A stretch of 60,282 nucleotides of DNA, filler included, from Porpidia crustulata (taxonomy: Eukaryota), in the NCBI GenBank assembly GCA_964255105.1. It is 2 parts of 2 records of this genome, joined end to end, with 100 filler letters (N's around TTAATTAATTAA, not from the genome) between each part and the next. Parts side by side here need not be neighbours in the genome. Positions count along the whole stretch, not along the records: positions 30,332 to 60,282 come from CAXUWE010000022.1; 1 more part is not named here. One strand, 5' to 3'. Of this stretch, positions 35,465-48,062 are shown piece after piece. The position numbers were made by a program, and so were the translations under genes. The notes under the pieces are model-generated. The model was not told the DNA's origin and did not search any database. It worked only from the letters and a program-made list of their open reading frames with translations. Position 1 is the stretch's first letter; the number at the start of each line of letters is the position of its first letter.

Positions 35465-38400
35465 TCATGCCTGGTCTAGAGATTGCGCCAGGCACATAGC
35501 GTAGTATCTGCCCTTGAGCTGCTGCAACTCTTCATGCGTGCCAGTTTCCGCAATCTTGCCATCGTCCATGACAAAAATAATATCCGCATGTCGAATCGTA
35601 CTGAGTCGATGTGCGACGGCGATCGTTGTTCGACTCGAACCCGCTTCATCGAGTGCTTTCTGTACAATGCGCTCGCTCTGAGTATCCAACGCAGAGGTTG
35701 CTTCATCAAGTAATAAGAGGCGTGGTTTCCGGATCAACGCTCGAGCGACTGCGATGCGTTGCCTTTGTCCACCGGAAAACTGAAGACCCTTCGACCCGCA
35801 AGGCGTACCCAGACCTTCAGGCAGTGAGGACACAAATTCCAGAGCGTTGGCCTGTCGACATGCTTCGTGCACTTCCTCGTCAGAGGGGTCGTACTCCAGA
35901 CCGATTGCAATGTTTTCGCGGACGGAGCCCAGATATAGAGGCGGTTCTTGCTGCACCAAAGACATGTAGCGGCGGTACAAATTTGGAGACATGAGCGAGA
36001 TATCGTCTCCGTTCAACGTGATGCGGCCGGACGTTGGATCGTAAAAGCGTTCCAAGAGCGAGATTATTGTGCTCTTGCCACAACCAGATGGCCCGACAAA
36101 CGCAGCATGCGTTCCAGGCTCAATCTTCATTGAAATGCCTCGTAACACCTTCGAGGCGTCCCGTTGCTTGTATCGGAATTCGACGTTCTCGACTCCAATA
36201 CACCCGTCTCCGGATGGCCCTTTGTCATGATTTTTATCGGTTTCGGAGATGCTGGCCTTTATAGTTCTAAGCCAGAGCATGTAATTTGCAGCCACCTTTG
36301 CCTTGGTAATTGAAGTCGTGTACGCAAAAAATTGCGCGGCACCCTGACCTGAGAAGATCACAGCAACAAAGATGACGAAGAACTGTGTCACAGTGTACTC
36401 TCCACTTCCGACCAGCCGAGATCCATACCAGAAGCCAAGGGCCATGATCAGAAAGTCGACTGATTGTGAAAGCGCATAGGGGATGAGTGTCAGCACCAGA
36501 CTTCGAATCACCTTGGCCACAATGTCTTCTAAAGCTTGACTGTATTCATGCAAAATCGAGGCCTCGAGAGTCAGGGAACTGATGGTCCTGATTGAGGTAA
36601 CAGCTTCCGTAGCTAATCCAGCGCTGCTTGCAAATTGGTCCTCTACTGAAGCCTCGAGCTTTTGATCAAGCCGGATGCGGACGTATCCAGCAGCAATGAG
36701 GACAGAAAGTCCGCCGAAAACGATAGTGAGGCCTAACTTCCAGCCGTAAGCGATACCCAGAGCACTACTGGACACAACGTTGACCATAAGATTCAGAATG
36801 AGGCCGAGGTTCTGGGACTGCATTTCCTGCAACGCTGTCGGTACAGACGATAACTTGGAGGTCACGGCTCCGGAAGAGTTCTCCGGGCGATCAAAGAAGT
36901 CCTGGTCAAAGCGAACTGTACGTTCAATCATCTCTCGACGATAGCGATGGGTTATGGCCTGCCCAATTGTATTACAGGCCCATCCAAGGGAGAAGTATCC
37001 GAAAAGGTTTGCAAGCGCTAGCACAAAGAACATGAGGGCGTAGAAGTTGGCCTGTTGTTTTGCTTCTGAGCCCTCCAACGTGAACACGTTGATGAGACGT
37101 GAGAAGAGTATCGCTTGTGCCGGGTACGTGCCACCGCCGATTATACTTCCTATGGCGATGACCAGGTACCATAGGTATAAGTCTGAATGTTCTGCGAGCA
37201 TAATGACGATGCACTTTCCAAGCGAGTATTCAACAGTTCCAGCCGTAAGCTGCTCAACATGGCGCTCTAAAGCCTTCGGCGTGGCTTCGGACTGCGTTCG
37301 TTGAAGTGAGACGGTTCGGTCGAATTTTTCCTTTTCATATCCTCCCTCGTCTGACTCTTCACGAAAATCCGGTTCTCCAGCCTCGGCGCCCAGATCTTGT
37401 GCACGCACCATAGCGGCGTACAGGCCATCGCGCTCGAGGAGTTCACTGTGGTTACCTTGCTCGACTACATTTCCATTCGCCATTACAGCGATGTTGTCAG
37501 CCGCCATGACCGTTGCGAGCTTGTGCGCAATGATGAGGGTCGTCTTATTGGCCGACACACGGTGAAGGGCATTTTGAACAATCCTCTCTGCACGAGGATC
37601 GAGCGCACTGGTGGCTTCGTCGAGCAGCAGGACTTTCGGATCCGAAATGATGCTCCTTGCGATGGCCACTCTCTGCCGCTGCCCGCCACTCAACATACTC
37701 GCTCTCTCACCGACTTGTGTGTTGTAGCCCTCGGGCAATTTTTCGATGAAGTCGTGTGCGTTGCTGGCCCTACACGCCTCCTGTACCAGCTCCATTTGCT
37801 TCTCCTCGGAGCAATTCCGTTGCTCGTCAACCAAACCTTTAGCGACATTCTGAAAGACTGTGCCTTGGAAGAGAATAGGCTCCTGCTGGACGAGTCTGAT
37901 ATTGCTCCGCAACCATTTCGTGTTGTAGACCGCGATTTCCTGGCCGTCCAAGAGAATCTGACCTGAAGTCGGCTGATACCATCGTTCCAGTAAGCTAACC
38001 AAAGTGGACTTGCCGCAACCGCTGGGTCCAACAAGAGCTGTAGTTTTTCCAGCCGGTATGGACAAGCTCAAATCCTGAAGTACTTGCGCTGTGGGTCGCG
38101 CAGGGTATGCGAAGCGTAAGTCACGAATCACAATTTCTCCTGTACAGGAAGTGGGTTGTATGCCATCGGAAGAGAGTGGATCAAGCAGAGATGACTTGTC
38201 AATAATGGAAAACAGCTCTGCAGCAGCGGAAGAAGCATTTGTGATGGATTGGATCTGTGGCGTTAGGAGCAGGACAGAAGTAGCACCAAGCGTCACGCTA
38301 AGGACAACTGTAAAGACTGGTCCTACACTGCTGATTTCTCCGCTTTGGAATAATCGAAAGCCTTCCCAGAAAGCGAGCGCAGTGCCTGACATGACTAGGA

Positions 38401-39473
38401 ACGTCTGAGTGGAGAAGAGGACGCCATAGATCAGCGACTTCTTCTTACCTTCCATGTGAGCTATTTGTAAGTATTCATCGTACTTTTTCACAATCTTTTG
38501 CTGCGCTCCGAATGCGTGGATGGTCTTAATGGAGCTAATGGCATCCTGAGCAAGGACTGCCGCGCGAGAGTAGATTCGTACCTGAACAAGAGGAGATATC
38601 AGGTACACATTGCCTCATAAGGAATGCTCTATTACTTACGATGCGGGCCTCCACGGGTGCATCGACGGCGATACATCCGCCTATTACCAGGGCAATTGCT
38701 GGCACTATACTCATTGTGATGAGAGCAAGCTTCCACTGGACAGCAAGTGCCACAATATATGACGAGAAAAAGAGCGAAATTGCCTGGACGGATGTGAACA
38801 GTTTCTCGGCAATGCCTTGATTGACACGGTTGCCGTCTGGTAGATCTTGTCAGCAACAAGTCTTCTTTGGTGGGAACCACGTACTCGTTGTAACCTGCGT
38901 CGCAGCAGATCCATTGCCCTGCTTGTCAAAATGCCATACCTCCTGCCTCAGCGTGCTCACCAAGAACGCCTTTCTCAAGGAGCATGTTGTTCTGGTAGCC
39001 GCAATACATATACACAGTGTTGCCACGTAACCGATGACGAAGCGAGCAACGAACAGATACACGAAGTAAAGGACGAGATGGTTGATCCTGTCTGTGAACT
39101 GCTGCGAGTTGCCCTGGCCAACGGCATAATTGTTGTACGAAGCTGTTGATGAGCCGAAGACCAACGTCATCAACGGTAGAGCAGCACCAACCACCAGAGC
39201 GCCTACAAGGGCAATTGCGTACAAGAGACAGCTGAAGCGGTCCGCATATCGGAAAATTCGCTATCCAAGCATCAGTCCAATACAACAAAGATACTCTCGT
39301 TCGTTGCTTACGAAGTAGTCTCGCATACTCCCTACGCTCTCCTTCTCTACGGTATCCTCTACTTTCTCAGTCGAGTTCCCATCATACGATGAACTCTCTT
39401 TGAGCTCGACCTTGTTCGGCATATTGTCCACAGCAGTTGGCTGTACACCAAGTGACTTCTCAACGTCAGACAT
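35465..39473 (-). CDS. Full-size ABCB/MDR-type ABC exporter (4 exons)
   Basis: TMD-NBD-TMD-NBD with two GPSGCGKST Walker A motifs, LSGGQRQR/FSGGQRQR signatures and LLLDEATSALD. Three GT-AG introns in the 5' part keep the frame. Confidence 0.95.
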
Positions 39474-40378
39474 CTTTCGTATCTTGCGTAAGGAGCCAAG
39501 TCTAATAGATCAGGCGAAAGCCGATTCGTAATGGTTTATAGGTACTCTACTAACTATTCTATCAGCGAGCTAACAAATATTAGTACATCGAGCAAAGAAG
39601 GAGGCATGAGTGAGTCTTACAGAATAATTAAAGGACAGGGTGTAGTATGTAGACTATAACTTAAGAAATGAAGCCGATATTACTGGATTAGCTACCGTTG
39701 CTGTCATGATCAGTGGATGGAGTCGTCGTGCAGTTTCGAAGACGAAATGGTGATAGAAAAATGTGTAGTCATATAAAGCGGTGCAGAAACCCATTGATGC
39801 CTTGCCGTCCTGCTAAGCGAAAGCAATAAGTATGATCTATTCAGCAATGGTCTCCATGTCTACCTTATCCATACGCCAAAGGACAACGCAGTCTTAAACG
39901 TCATCTTTAGGCTCCAGCGGGAAAGAACTCCATATTAACGATAACATGAAGCTTAAATTGACAGAACCCCTGGATAGGTACCTCGGTACGCGGGTGTCAC
40001 CAAAACCGAGAAACCCGAACCCGAAACGACCAGTGAGTGCTAAGACGCATCGCGCATATCTATGACGCATCGTGTTGACCCATACAATTGACCCATACAA
40101 ATAATCACAATTCATACCTACAGTATCTGGACCAGAGCCGTTTCTCAGTAGCAAGTCAATTGAATCGTCTTGAACGTTATCTAGTTACCTATATCGCTAG
40201 ATTTCCGCTTCGCAATTCAGATAGGCCTAACAGTAAACAGCGAAAAAGACTGTGAAACAGTCAAGATCATCGCGATTCTAGCGCGGTTTTAGACGCGTAG
40301 TCTGTATGCAGATTAATAACTTCATGCGATCAAGCGCGCCGCATTCGACTAGTCTTGATCTCGTCGTTCTTCGCTCTC

Positions 40379-40570
40379 TGTTACGAACAAACCCCTAACA
40401 TCCCGGCACGGTGGGCGATGCTGTTTAGGGTGATGGAAAATGGGCGAAGTCGGAAGGTAGCTAGGCCCAGTTAGGCTAAGCTGTACCCCTGAGCACCCTT
40501 ATGGCTAAGCCCTATCAAGGGGCTTGGGCCCCATTAGGGGTTGCTGAGGTTGTAGGGTTTGGTCGTAACA
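40379..40570. mobile_element. 192-bp TGT..ACA element with terminal inverted repeats (solo-LTR or MITE relic)
   Basis: Starts TGTTACGAACAAACCCCTA and ends TAGGGTTTGGTCGTAACA (imperfect ~18-30 bp inverted repeat). No clean target-site duplication. Confidence 0.55.
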
Positions 40571-40733
40571 ATCGGCTTTGTAGAAGGAAAGACAGAACAG
40601 ATTTTAATATATCGATAGGAACTTTCCATTTAGATGAGCCGATTCCCTGATCTATATAATTACGACTAGTCAAGCACATTGTATCTCTCCAACATTCCAG
40701 ATGTAATTCTCTCCTGTTGAAGAAACACCCTCT

Positions 40734-42138
40734 CTAGAACCAGCGATCGTTCCGCTTGTCGTCAAACATTCCGTTTGTGTGCCGTGTGTGCTTAGAATCG
40801 GTTTCCTCGCCTAACCTCTCGCCCTGTTTAATGTCTGCGAATAGTGCGTGATCACCACTAAAATAAGTGGTGTAGCCTGTCGTGATTTTAGAAAAAAAAA
40901 TTGCAATTCGAAGCTGAAGTTACTTACGATTAGCCTTTGCATACGATTCGCGATTTTCGACAAGCCATTCGTGCGAGGTGTGAAGCTTGGTCATTGGTAT
41001 ACGAGGTAGCAAGTGGTGTAAAAGATGATAACAGTCATTGTGTGGTTGAAGGAAGTACTGAAACATATTGCAGCAGGGCGTGTTTCGTGAGAAAGCCAGG
41101 ATGGTTGTTGGTTGCAGACCGGAATGGTCCACGGTTTCTCTCAGTATGTAAAAACAGTACGAAATGGTGCAGCGTGTGGTCTGGAAGAGCAAGAGAAATT
41201 GCCAGCCCACCGGGATAAACCCAATAGAGAGTGTTTTTGGTTCAAAAAGGCCCGTCAACACGGCTACAGTTGCCCACCAGATAGAGAGCTGCAGCGGGGC
41301 TTTTGCAAAAGATCCTAGCGCGTTTAGGGAGAATGCAACTGGATCTACCACATCGTAGAGAAATAAAGAAAAGATCGAGGTGTGGTCATGTCGACCAGTC
41401 TAAGCGTTGGTCAGTCTGTGTGCCATTGTACGTAGGGAATTCGACTCACTCGATAATGCCTCAAACTAGTCTCGTTATGGAGTCCGTGGTCGGGATCAGC
41501 AGCTGTTCCAAGATAGTGATGATGCGCGCCGTGTTGTTGGCGCTGCAGACTCGCGGTGGTCATGAAGCAAGGGGCGAGGAAACTGTTTGCGATGATGTCG
41601 TTCAAATGCTAATCTTCTATCAGAACATCCGCTTTTCAACCCGAGATAAAAGTCAATATCTCACCCTGTTTGCAACCAGATTACGATGGATGGAATCATG
41701 AGCGAGGTTATGGATGCCTCGTTGGCCCCAAGACATGAGGCAGATTGCAAAAAGGAAAGTCAATCCATTCGGTTGGTAGAGGTAGATCTGCCACGCCGCC
41801 AGGATGACTCCCCAGTCCCTCGCAATTGTACTGCACCTCCAGTTTCAGCAAACGTCCAAAGACAATACGATTGCTGAAGCTTACAGAAAAGCAGCATAGC
41901 CAGTGGGTTCTTCCCAGCTTCTCAAGATGTTTTTTGGGACCTGAGATCGAAACTCTCTCAATTGATGCAACACGGGAATTTTGTCGCCAGGTCTGAACTC
42001 CAAATCGGGCGCCGAAGGCTGTCTCAGCTCTGTGGTAGTAGACATAACCGATGCAAGATCTGTGAAGAAATTAGACTTGTGAAAGTCCAGATGCGAGGTG
42101 AGCACTTTATAATCAATCTTCGAGGCAGCCGTGGTCAT
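40734..42138 (-). CDS. Membrane di-iron fatty-acid-desaturase-superfamily enzyme, RtxC/GntB-like (5 exons)
   Basis: Spliced product has three His boxes: QRGIHNLAHDSIH, HGAHHHYLGTAADPD and HNDCYHLLHH, plus RETVDHSG. Four GT-AG introns keep the frame through to TAG at 40734. No cytochrome b5 domain. Confidence 0.85.
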
Positions 42139-42599
42139 TGTATATTCCGGGAATGTAAAGGCTTACCCATTTACCTCGAATGGATCGTCAGGACTCCTGG
42201 ATTTCTGTTGGGAAGCTCGGCTCAAGGGCATGAAGATGGTGTGGTGATGCGTCACAATCACCCTTCCCTTAGGATGATTGATCAGACAATGTGGCGGATG
42301 AAATGAGTTGGGTACATCTGCATTGACTGGTGATAGACGCTTGCATGACTATTGGAATCCACCCGGGGAGGACGAGTGGATGCCCATCTTCCGAATGTGA
42401 GCATGTGGGGCCACTTCTCTAGAGGGTCTGAAACAGCAGGTGCAACTAGTTTGTAGGAGTATGTGCAGTTGGGTCACCAATTGACTCGAATTGACGGAGA
42501 GATCGCCCGATATAACGCAGTACTGTGATGTGATGACTTGGTGGATTGCACATAATGTGTTCTAGATCTTGTTCGCCGTTGATTTAAAATTATAATAGG

Positions 42600-43035
42600 T
42601 TCGATTCCTATTGGCGCTGGTACAATGGTGTAATGGTTTTCTTTTCTGATCTATCCCTTCAGCTGGCTATCTTTTGAGGTTATAATCAAATTAGGTTTTG
42701 GTTCCTAATGGTGAATGGCGCTGGTACCATGGTGTAGTGGATTTATTTTCTGGCAGCGCCATTAGCTATAAGTCTTTAAAGTTTCGTATCTTCCCGGGGG
42801 CGATCAGGTCCGATTCCTAATGGATACCGACAAAATAAAATTTCCATAATTTCAAAATGCAACAATCGTTCTAATTCAATAATCCTGAATTCAATAATTC
42901 CGTAACTCATGCACCCGTGATCCACAATCTACACTTAATTTAGTGATTGTTGGATTGTTGGAGTATGGAAATTTTGTTTTGTCGGTACAATGGCCCGCCG
43001 TGCAATGGTGTAGTGGTTTTCTTTTCTGTGGCTGC
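42600..43035. repeat. Degenerate direct repeats in the divergent intergenic region
   Basis: ATGGTGTARTGGWTTWYTTTTCTG-like block at ~42623, ~42730 and ~43005; TTCCTAWTGG at ~42605, ~42702 and ~42814. Confidence 0.65.
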
Positions 43036-43755
43036 TTCATAGCCAGCTGAAGGGATACAACCTGGGTTTTCATACTATTTTTAGGACACTAAGCGAATCA
43101 TCAATACATGCAATGATCGCAGCTACAGATAGAATCTGTATAATGGAATTGTAGCTTCCATTCAATTGTACGATCTTCGGCTGTCCCGAACCTAAAAGCG
43201 GGCCCGATTAGATACCTTGTCACGCTTGTCTGTCCGGATCTCACCACCCATAGAACGTGGCGGCTGATCTACAGCAGGCCTTCCGCACGATTAAACAGAC
43301 ACCGTGGTGCGGATCTGATTCCCCGAACGTCTGTCCAAATCTAGAAAGTGAGGGTGAGCCATCAACGAATACCTATCTGATGCGGGCCTAACATCCAGAA
43401 GATTTGCTGGTGTTTAGAGAATGAAGGTGGGCTGACGGGAAGCCTCAAAATCTGATGCAGAATAGAGTACGGCAATCCTGCCCCTACAAGTTGTTGGAAT
43501 GGAAATTCTGTCGTATACGATCTTCGGAAATACATTGGAAGTTTCTCTCTGGGAGTGAGGGGCCAATAAAAAAGATGGTGCAGCCCTGAGGCGCTGTTTG
43601 AGCTACGTATGGTAGGGTTCGAGTCCAATTGCTCGAGGTGGATTGCCTGTCGACGTCTCCGCAATAGGGGCGAGACCGAACAGTCACCCACGTGGCGCAA
43701 TCGTTATATATCAATCTTCGTCAGTGTCCCGACACCACCGTCCTGCTAATCAACC

Positions 43756-46700
43756 ATGCATCGCCCTCATTCTGGCATGTTCAATTGTTGGACTTTTTCC
43801 AGTCGTCGATATTTGACCAAGCTACCATTACTGCTTTACCATGGACTCCCAGCTATTATCCTCGGTATACTCTTCAACACTCTCGATGCCGGTCAGTCTA
43901 CCCAACACCGCAATCGAAAGAGTCATAGCTAAGATACCTAGTTTCGACGGGGCTTTTGGTATTCCCGACCGAGAAGCAAAGGTCAAGTCTCGCGACGCTA
44001 CAAAACCAAGCGGTGTCGCTGTACATTATGAGGTGAGCGACTACCGCCGTACCCACGATACCTCTTGCTGATTTGGTGAGCACGATAATCTCGCAGTTGA
44101 CTTTGACTTTTGGGGGCTCACGTTTTCCGGGCGCGCTTGGATCCATGCTCATCGAAGTTCTTCCATTTCTGCGGGGTATTGCAAGCAAGATACAAACAAG
44201 ACTGGGGGATGAAAATCCAAGTTTGATACCCACGGTCTTCGCTGCCTACGCTCTCACCAGCATCCTTGTGGGCGCAGTATGCACTGTCCTAGGATTCTTC
44301 CGCTGTGGACGATTAGTAAAGCAGCAAATGTCCTCTTGGGAACATCAATCTGACTTGTGACATAGGTTCAATACTTTCCAAAAACTGTCCTCACTGGTGC
44401 TATCGGTGGGTACCCAAAAGCTGTCAAAAAGCATGAGATAGTAACATCGTGAACTCATCAGGTGCCATTGGCGTCTCTCTGTTCCTTCTCGCATTACAAC
44501 TTACTCTCCCTCCAACAGCGCCAACGTTAGACTTGGCATCAGCAGGTCACGTACTCTTCAACAACAGTCATCTACCACTCCTTTTCGCGTCCCTCCTCCC
44601 AGCCCTGATTCTGTCTCTGTCAATTCGCCTCCCATTGCTAGCAAAATTATCTCGGGGATTTACCGATCATGCACTGTACGTGCCGACCTACATGTTTACT
44701 ATTGTAGGTATTTTCTGGACCGTTGTGGCTAGTACGGCGCTGGCCAATAATGCCGGCATGACTCACTTAGCGGATCTCGGCTGGCTATTTACAGTGCAGA
44801 TGGATGCTACAAGTACTGCAGCTCAACATCACGCGTGGAATTATTGGGCTTCTTTCGACTTCCCGCTGGTCCAGTGGTCCGCTATGACTGCTGCCATCCA
44901 GGACATCGTGTTATTGGTCGTCATCGGAGTGCTGAATTTACCAATCTACATCCCAGCTATGGCTCTCACACTTGACGTATCGAAGTATGACATGGATCAT
45001 GAATTCCTGGGTCATGGAGTCTCAAACATTATGGCTGGTGCTGTTGGTACAATTCCCAATCTTGTGGTACGCGTCTGCATCGCTTTTAATCTACCTTAAA
45101 ATACCCATAGCGCCATCTGACTTTCCTAGGTCTTTTCCTACACCCGTCTCTTCACCCTTGCCGGTGGAGGCCGCTTCGAGGCCTCAGTTGTCATCTTGCT
45201 TACCGTGGCTCTCTTCTTCGTTTCTTCTTTGATCTTACCATATGTTCCAACAATCTTGGCATCTACACTAGTGCTGTTCCTAGGTCTAGAGCTAATGATC
45301 GAATCCTTATGGGAGTCGGCTAAGACGCTCATTTGGAGTGAGTGGGGGATCGTAGTTGGTACCCTCCTGGCGTGCACTTTCCTAGGCTTCGCTCCAGGAT
45401 TCGGCGTTGGGATAGCTCTTGCAATACTTATGTACGTAATTCTGGCAGCAAAAGATTCAGTCAGTACCCAAAGACAACATCCGATCGGTCGGGGATCACT
45501 CAAGTTAACAGTGGTTCAGAGTGTTCGGGTAGTCAAGCTCCCTAGCTCAGGAAGGCTGCACAAATACCGGGCGTCATCAGTTGAACATGCCTCCAACAAA
45601 ACATCTTTGATCTCAGAGCACCTTGGAAATTATCCTTTGTCCGAACGCCTATCCGTCCCAGTCATGAAACTATCTAGTGAAATTGCTGTCGACCGTGTCG
45701 CCCTGGCTCCCCCACAGCAACCCCGTGTTGAAGTCGAGCGTCCCGCAATCACTGTCCTGCGTCTTTCAGGCTATGTTTGTGCGTATCAGTGTTCTCCAAA
45801 TTAGATGCATGGACTGATTATCTTAGTCTTTGCCGCACTGCCGTCACTGGAACGCCAGATACAGCTTTTGCTCAATACTAAATTATGTCAAGTGGTTGTA
45901 GTTGACCTGACTAGTGTCTATCGAATAGAGACATCGGTTGCACGCTATCTTGAACGTCAAGGCCGAGAATTTGCCTCTCAGCCGTATTCTATATCCTTAG
46001 TATTGGCTGGATTCAACAAGCGCTCGGGCGTTCATGCTGATCTCTTGAGAGGAGGCATCATCTGCCGCTGGGTAGGCGACTCTGAACGCTGCGGAGCGCA
46101 TGTTGGTTCGCCGGCAACGACACGCGGAAATAGCTTGATAGCCTTCTGTAACCTCAAAGAGGCGTTACGGTGGATCGAGCTCCCAGGCGCAGGTATGTGA
46201 TAAGCCTTCCGACTGCGTACCATGCACCGAGGCTGACATCCTAGGAGATATAGATGACGCTCATATCTTGGACGAGGACATTATAACTTACTTTTTCCGT
46301 CTTCTCACACCAGAGCATTCAGACCATCTTTTCAGCCAACTCAGTAATCTTGGAGCACCACCACTCGAGCGTCTATCACGCTGCGGTATATCAGTGCGAA
46401 GACCTGCCGAAGGGGAGACCATTGCGGAGGCGGGTAAATGCTCATCATCGCTGTTTTGGCTACGAGATACTAAGAGAACAGTAGATGTTCAAGAAGAAGC
46501 CGCCGACACCACCTTCATCGTGATACGCGGTCGTGTCGCAGTGCGAGGGTCTTATTCAGCCATCATTCCCGCACCTGAAAGCCGTCCTGCCGTTGAGGCA
46601 GCGTTCCCATTGATGATCGGCAACGGCCTGCAACGGATTACTGGGTTCATTGATAAACACACGACCAAACGGCACGAGCAAATGGTGCTTCCTTCATTTG

Positions 46701-46927
46701 CTCCTCGGAGTGGATTCTACAGTGAGACGCAACTCCTCCCGGGGCACATGTTCGACATCGCGGAGTTCCACGGTAGAGGTAGGGGCCCCCAAGCGGCCGA
46801 CGTCTCTGCTGGGCCGTGTTGGATCCTGAGAGTTGACGCAGACAATGAACCAGGCGTAGCCTGGTTGCGGGTGGCCCGTACGCTGTTCCAGAATCAGGCT
46901 GAGCAGGACGAGAAGATTTTAGGATAG
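43756..46927 (+). CDS. SLC26/SulP-family transporter with STAS and degenerate cNMP-binding-like C-terminus (Vsb1/YGR125W-like; multi-exon)
   Basis: Spliced N-terminus GLPAIILGILFNTLDA|VSTGLLVFP, YIM|STIISQLTLTFGGSRFPGALGSMLIEVLPF, YFPKTVLTGAIGAIG, DMDHEFLGHGVSN, STAS LRLSGYV|F..VVVDLTSVYRIETS. Confidence 0.85.
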
Positions 46928-48062
46928 CCTGTCAAGCAGAAAACTACAGTCTGACATGACTTCTTTTCGCTTCTGGTTTGCATTTCCAATCCTTCTGTAA
47001 GAGAAAGCGCGTTAGATTTACTTTCTTGAGTGTGGGTGATGGTTGAGTGTGGGTGATGGTCGTTGATTGATATGCGTAGGCAGATATAGGTAGAGAAGAC
47101 GTCCCAAGACCACGCTGGGCTTCTCCCAGCTTTACTTCATCCATTGCTCCTCACCCTGCCCCGCGAGATCGCAAATCAACCCTCAATCTTCGAATCCGCA
47201 AAGGCCTTTCCCTCCCGAACTTGCCCGAACAGCCAACAACGTACGAAAAGATCTGCATCTGCAAAGATATCCCTATCCCGCACTCCATCGATGAAGCGAG
47301 CGCTGCCACCTCCCAGTCCGTGCCTGAGGTCGCTCTCTTCAATCTAGCAACTCCATTTCAACCGCATCCTATGGATATTGCGGCTTGTTCGCAACATTTT
47401 ACGTTATCATTCGCAGCATCTGCATTGATTTTTTTAACATTCTTTAAATTATATTTAAACTAGATCGTTGTGCGTATGAATCGCACAAAATGCCGATTCA
47501 GCGAAAGAAAAAGCCATCAGTGAATCAGAGCGCTCACGACAAGAGCTACCCGCCTGCCGATGTGGTTGGTAAAGGTACCGCCGAGGGATTGAGCCGGCGT
47601 TTGCACTCACTTTCCATAGCGCTCCGGCCAGTTTGCACCTCGCCGCCCTTTGCTTCTTTCGATTGTGGTCTCCTTCGCGTCTTTTTCAAAGTGGCTTTAC
47701 TCATCCCGCTGATGTTTCCCCATGGCGAATGACAACTTGGCTCAATTACAAGCTGAGAACTTCATAATGTTCTTTGCTAATATCGCTTCGCTATCTCGGT
47801 TTCGCAAATTCGTCCGTTTTGAGTGACTCTTTCCAGCTCACGACAGTTTCGAAAGCTGTCATGACTACGGTGACAGTCACGCGACACGAGATCTTCGTCT
47901 CGTTAATTTCGGCATCTAAGGGTAGGAAAGTCTACATGTTTGTCGCCAGCAATGTGAGAGGCAGCGGTATCGGTACTCTTCAACGATGGATAAATTCTAC
48001 GTAAACAGTAAAAGCATCGGGGTTTAAGAGACATCCTCGTCGCAGTGTTCCGTTTCTTTAAT

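Noticed and set aside
35476..38408. Numerous antisense and alternative-frame ORFs over the ABC gene (and similarly over other real genes)
   Set aside because: Shadow ORFs of long coding sequences with no independent motifs.
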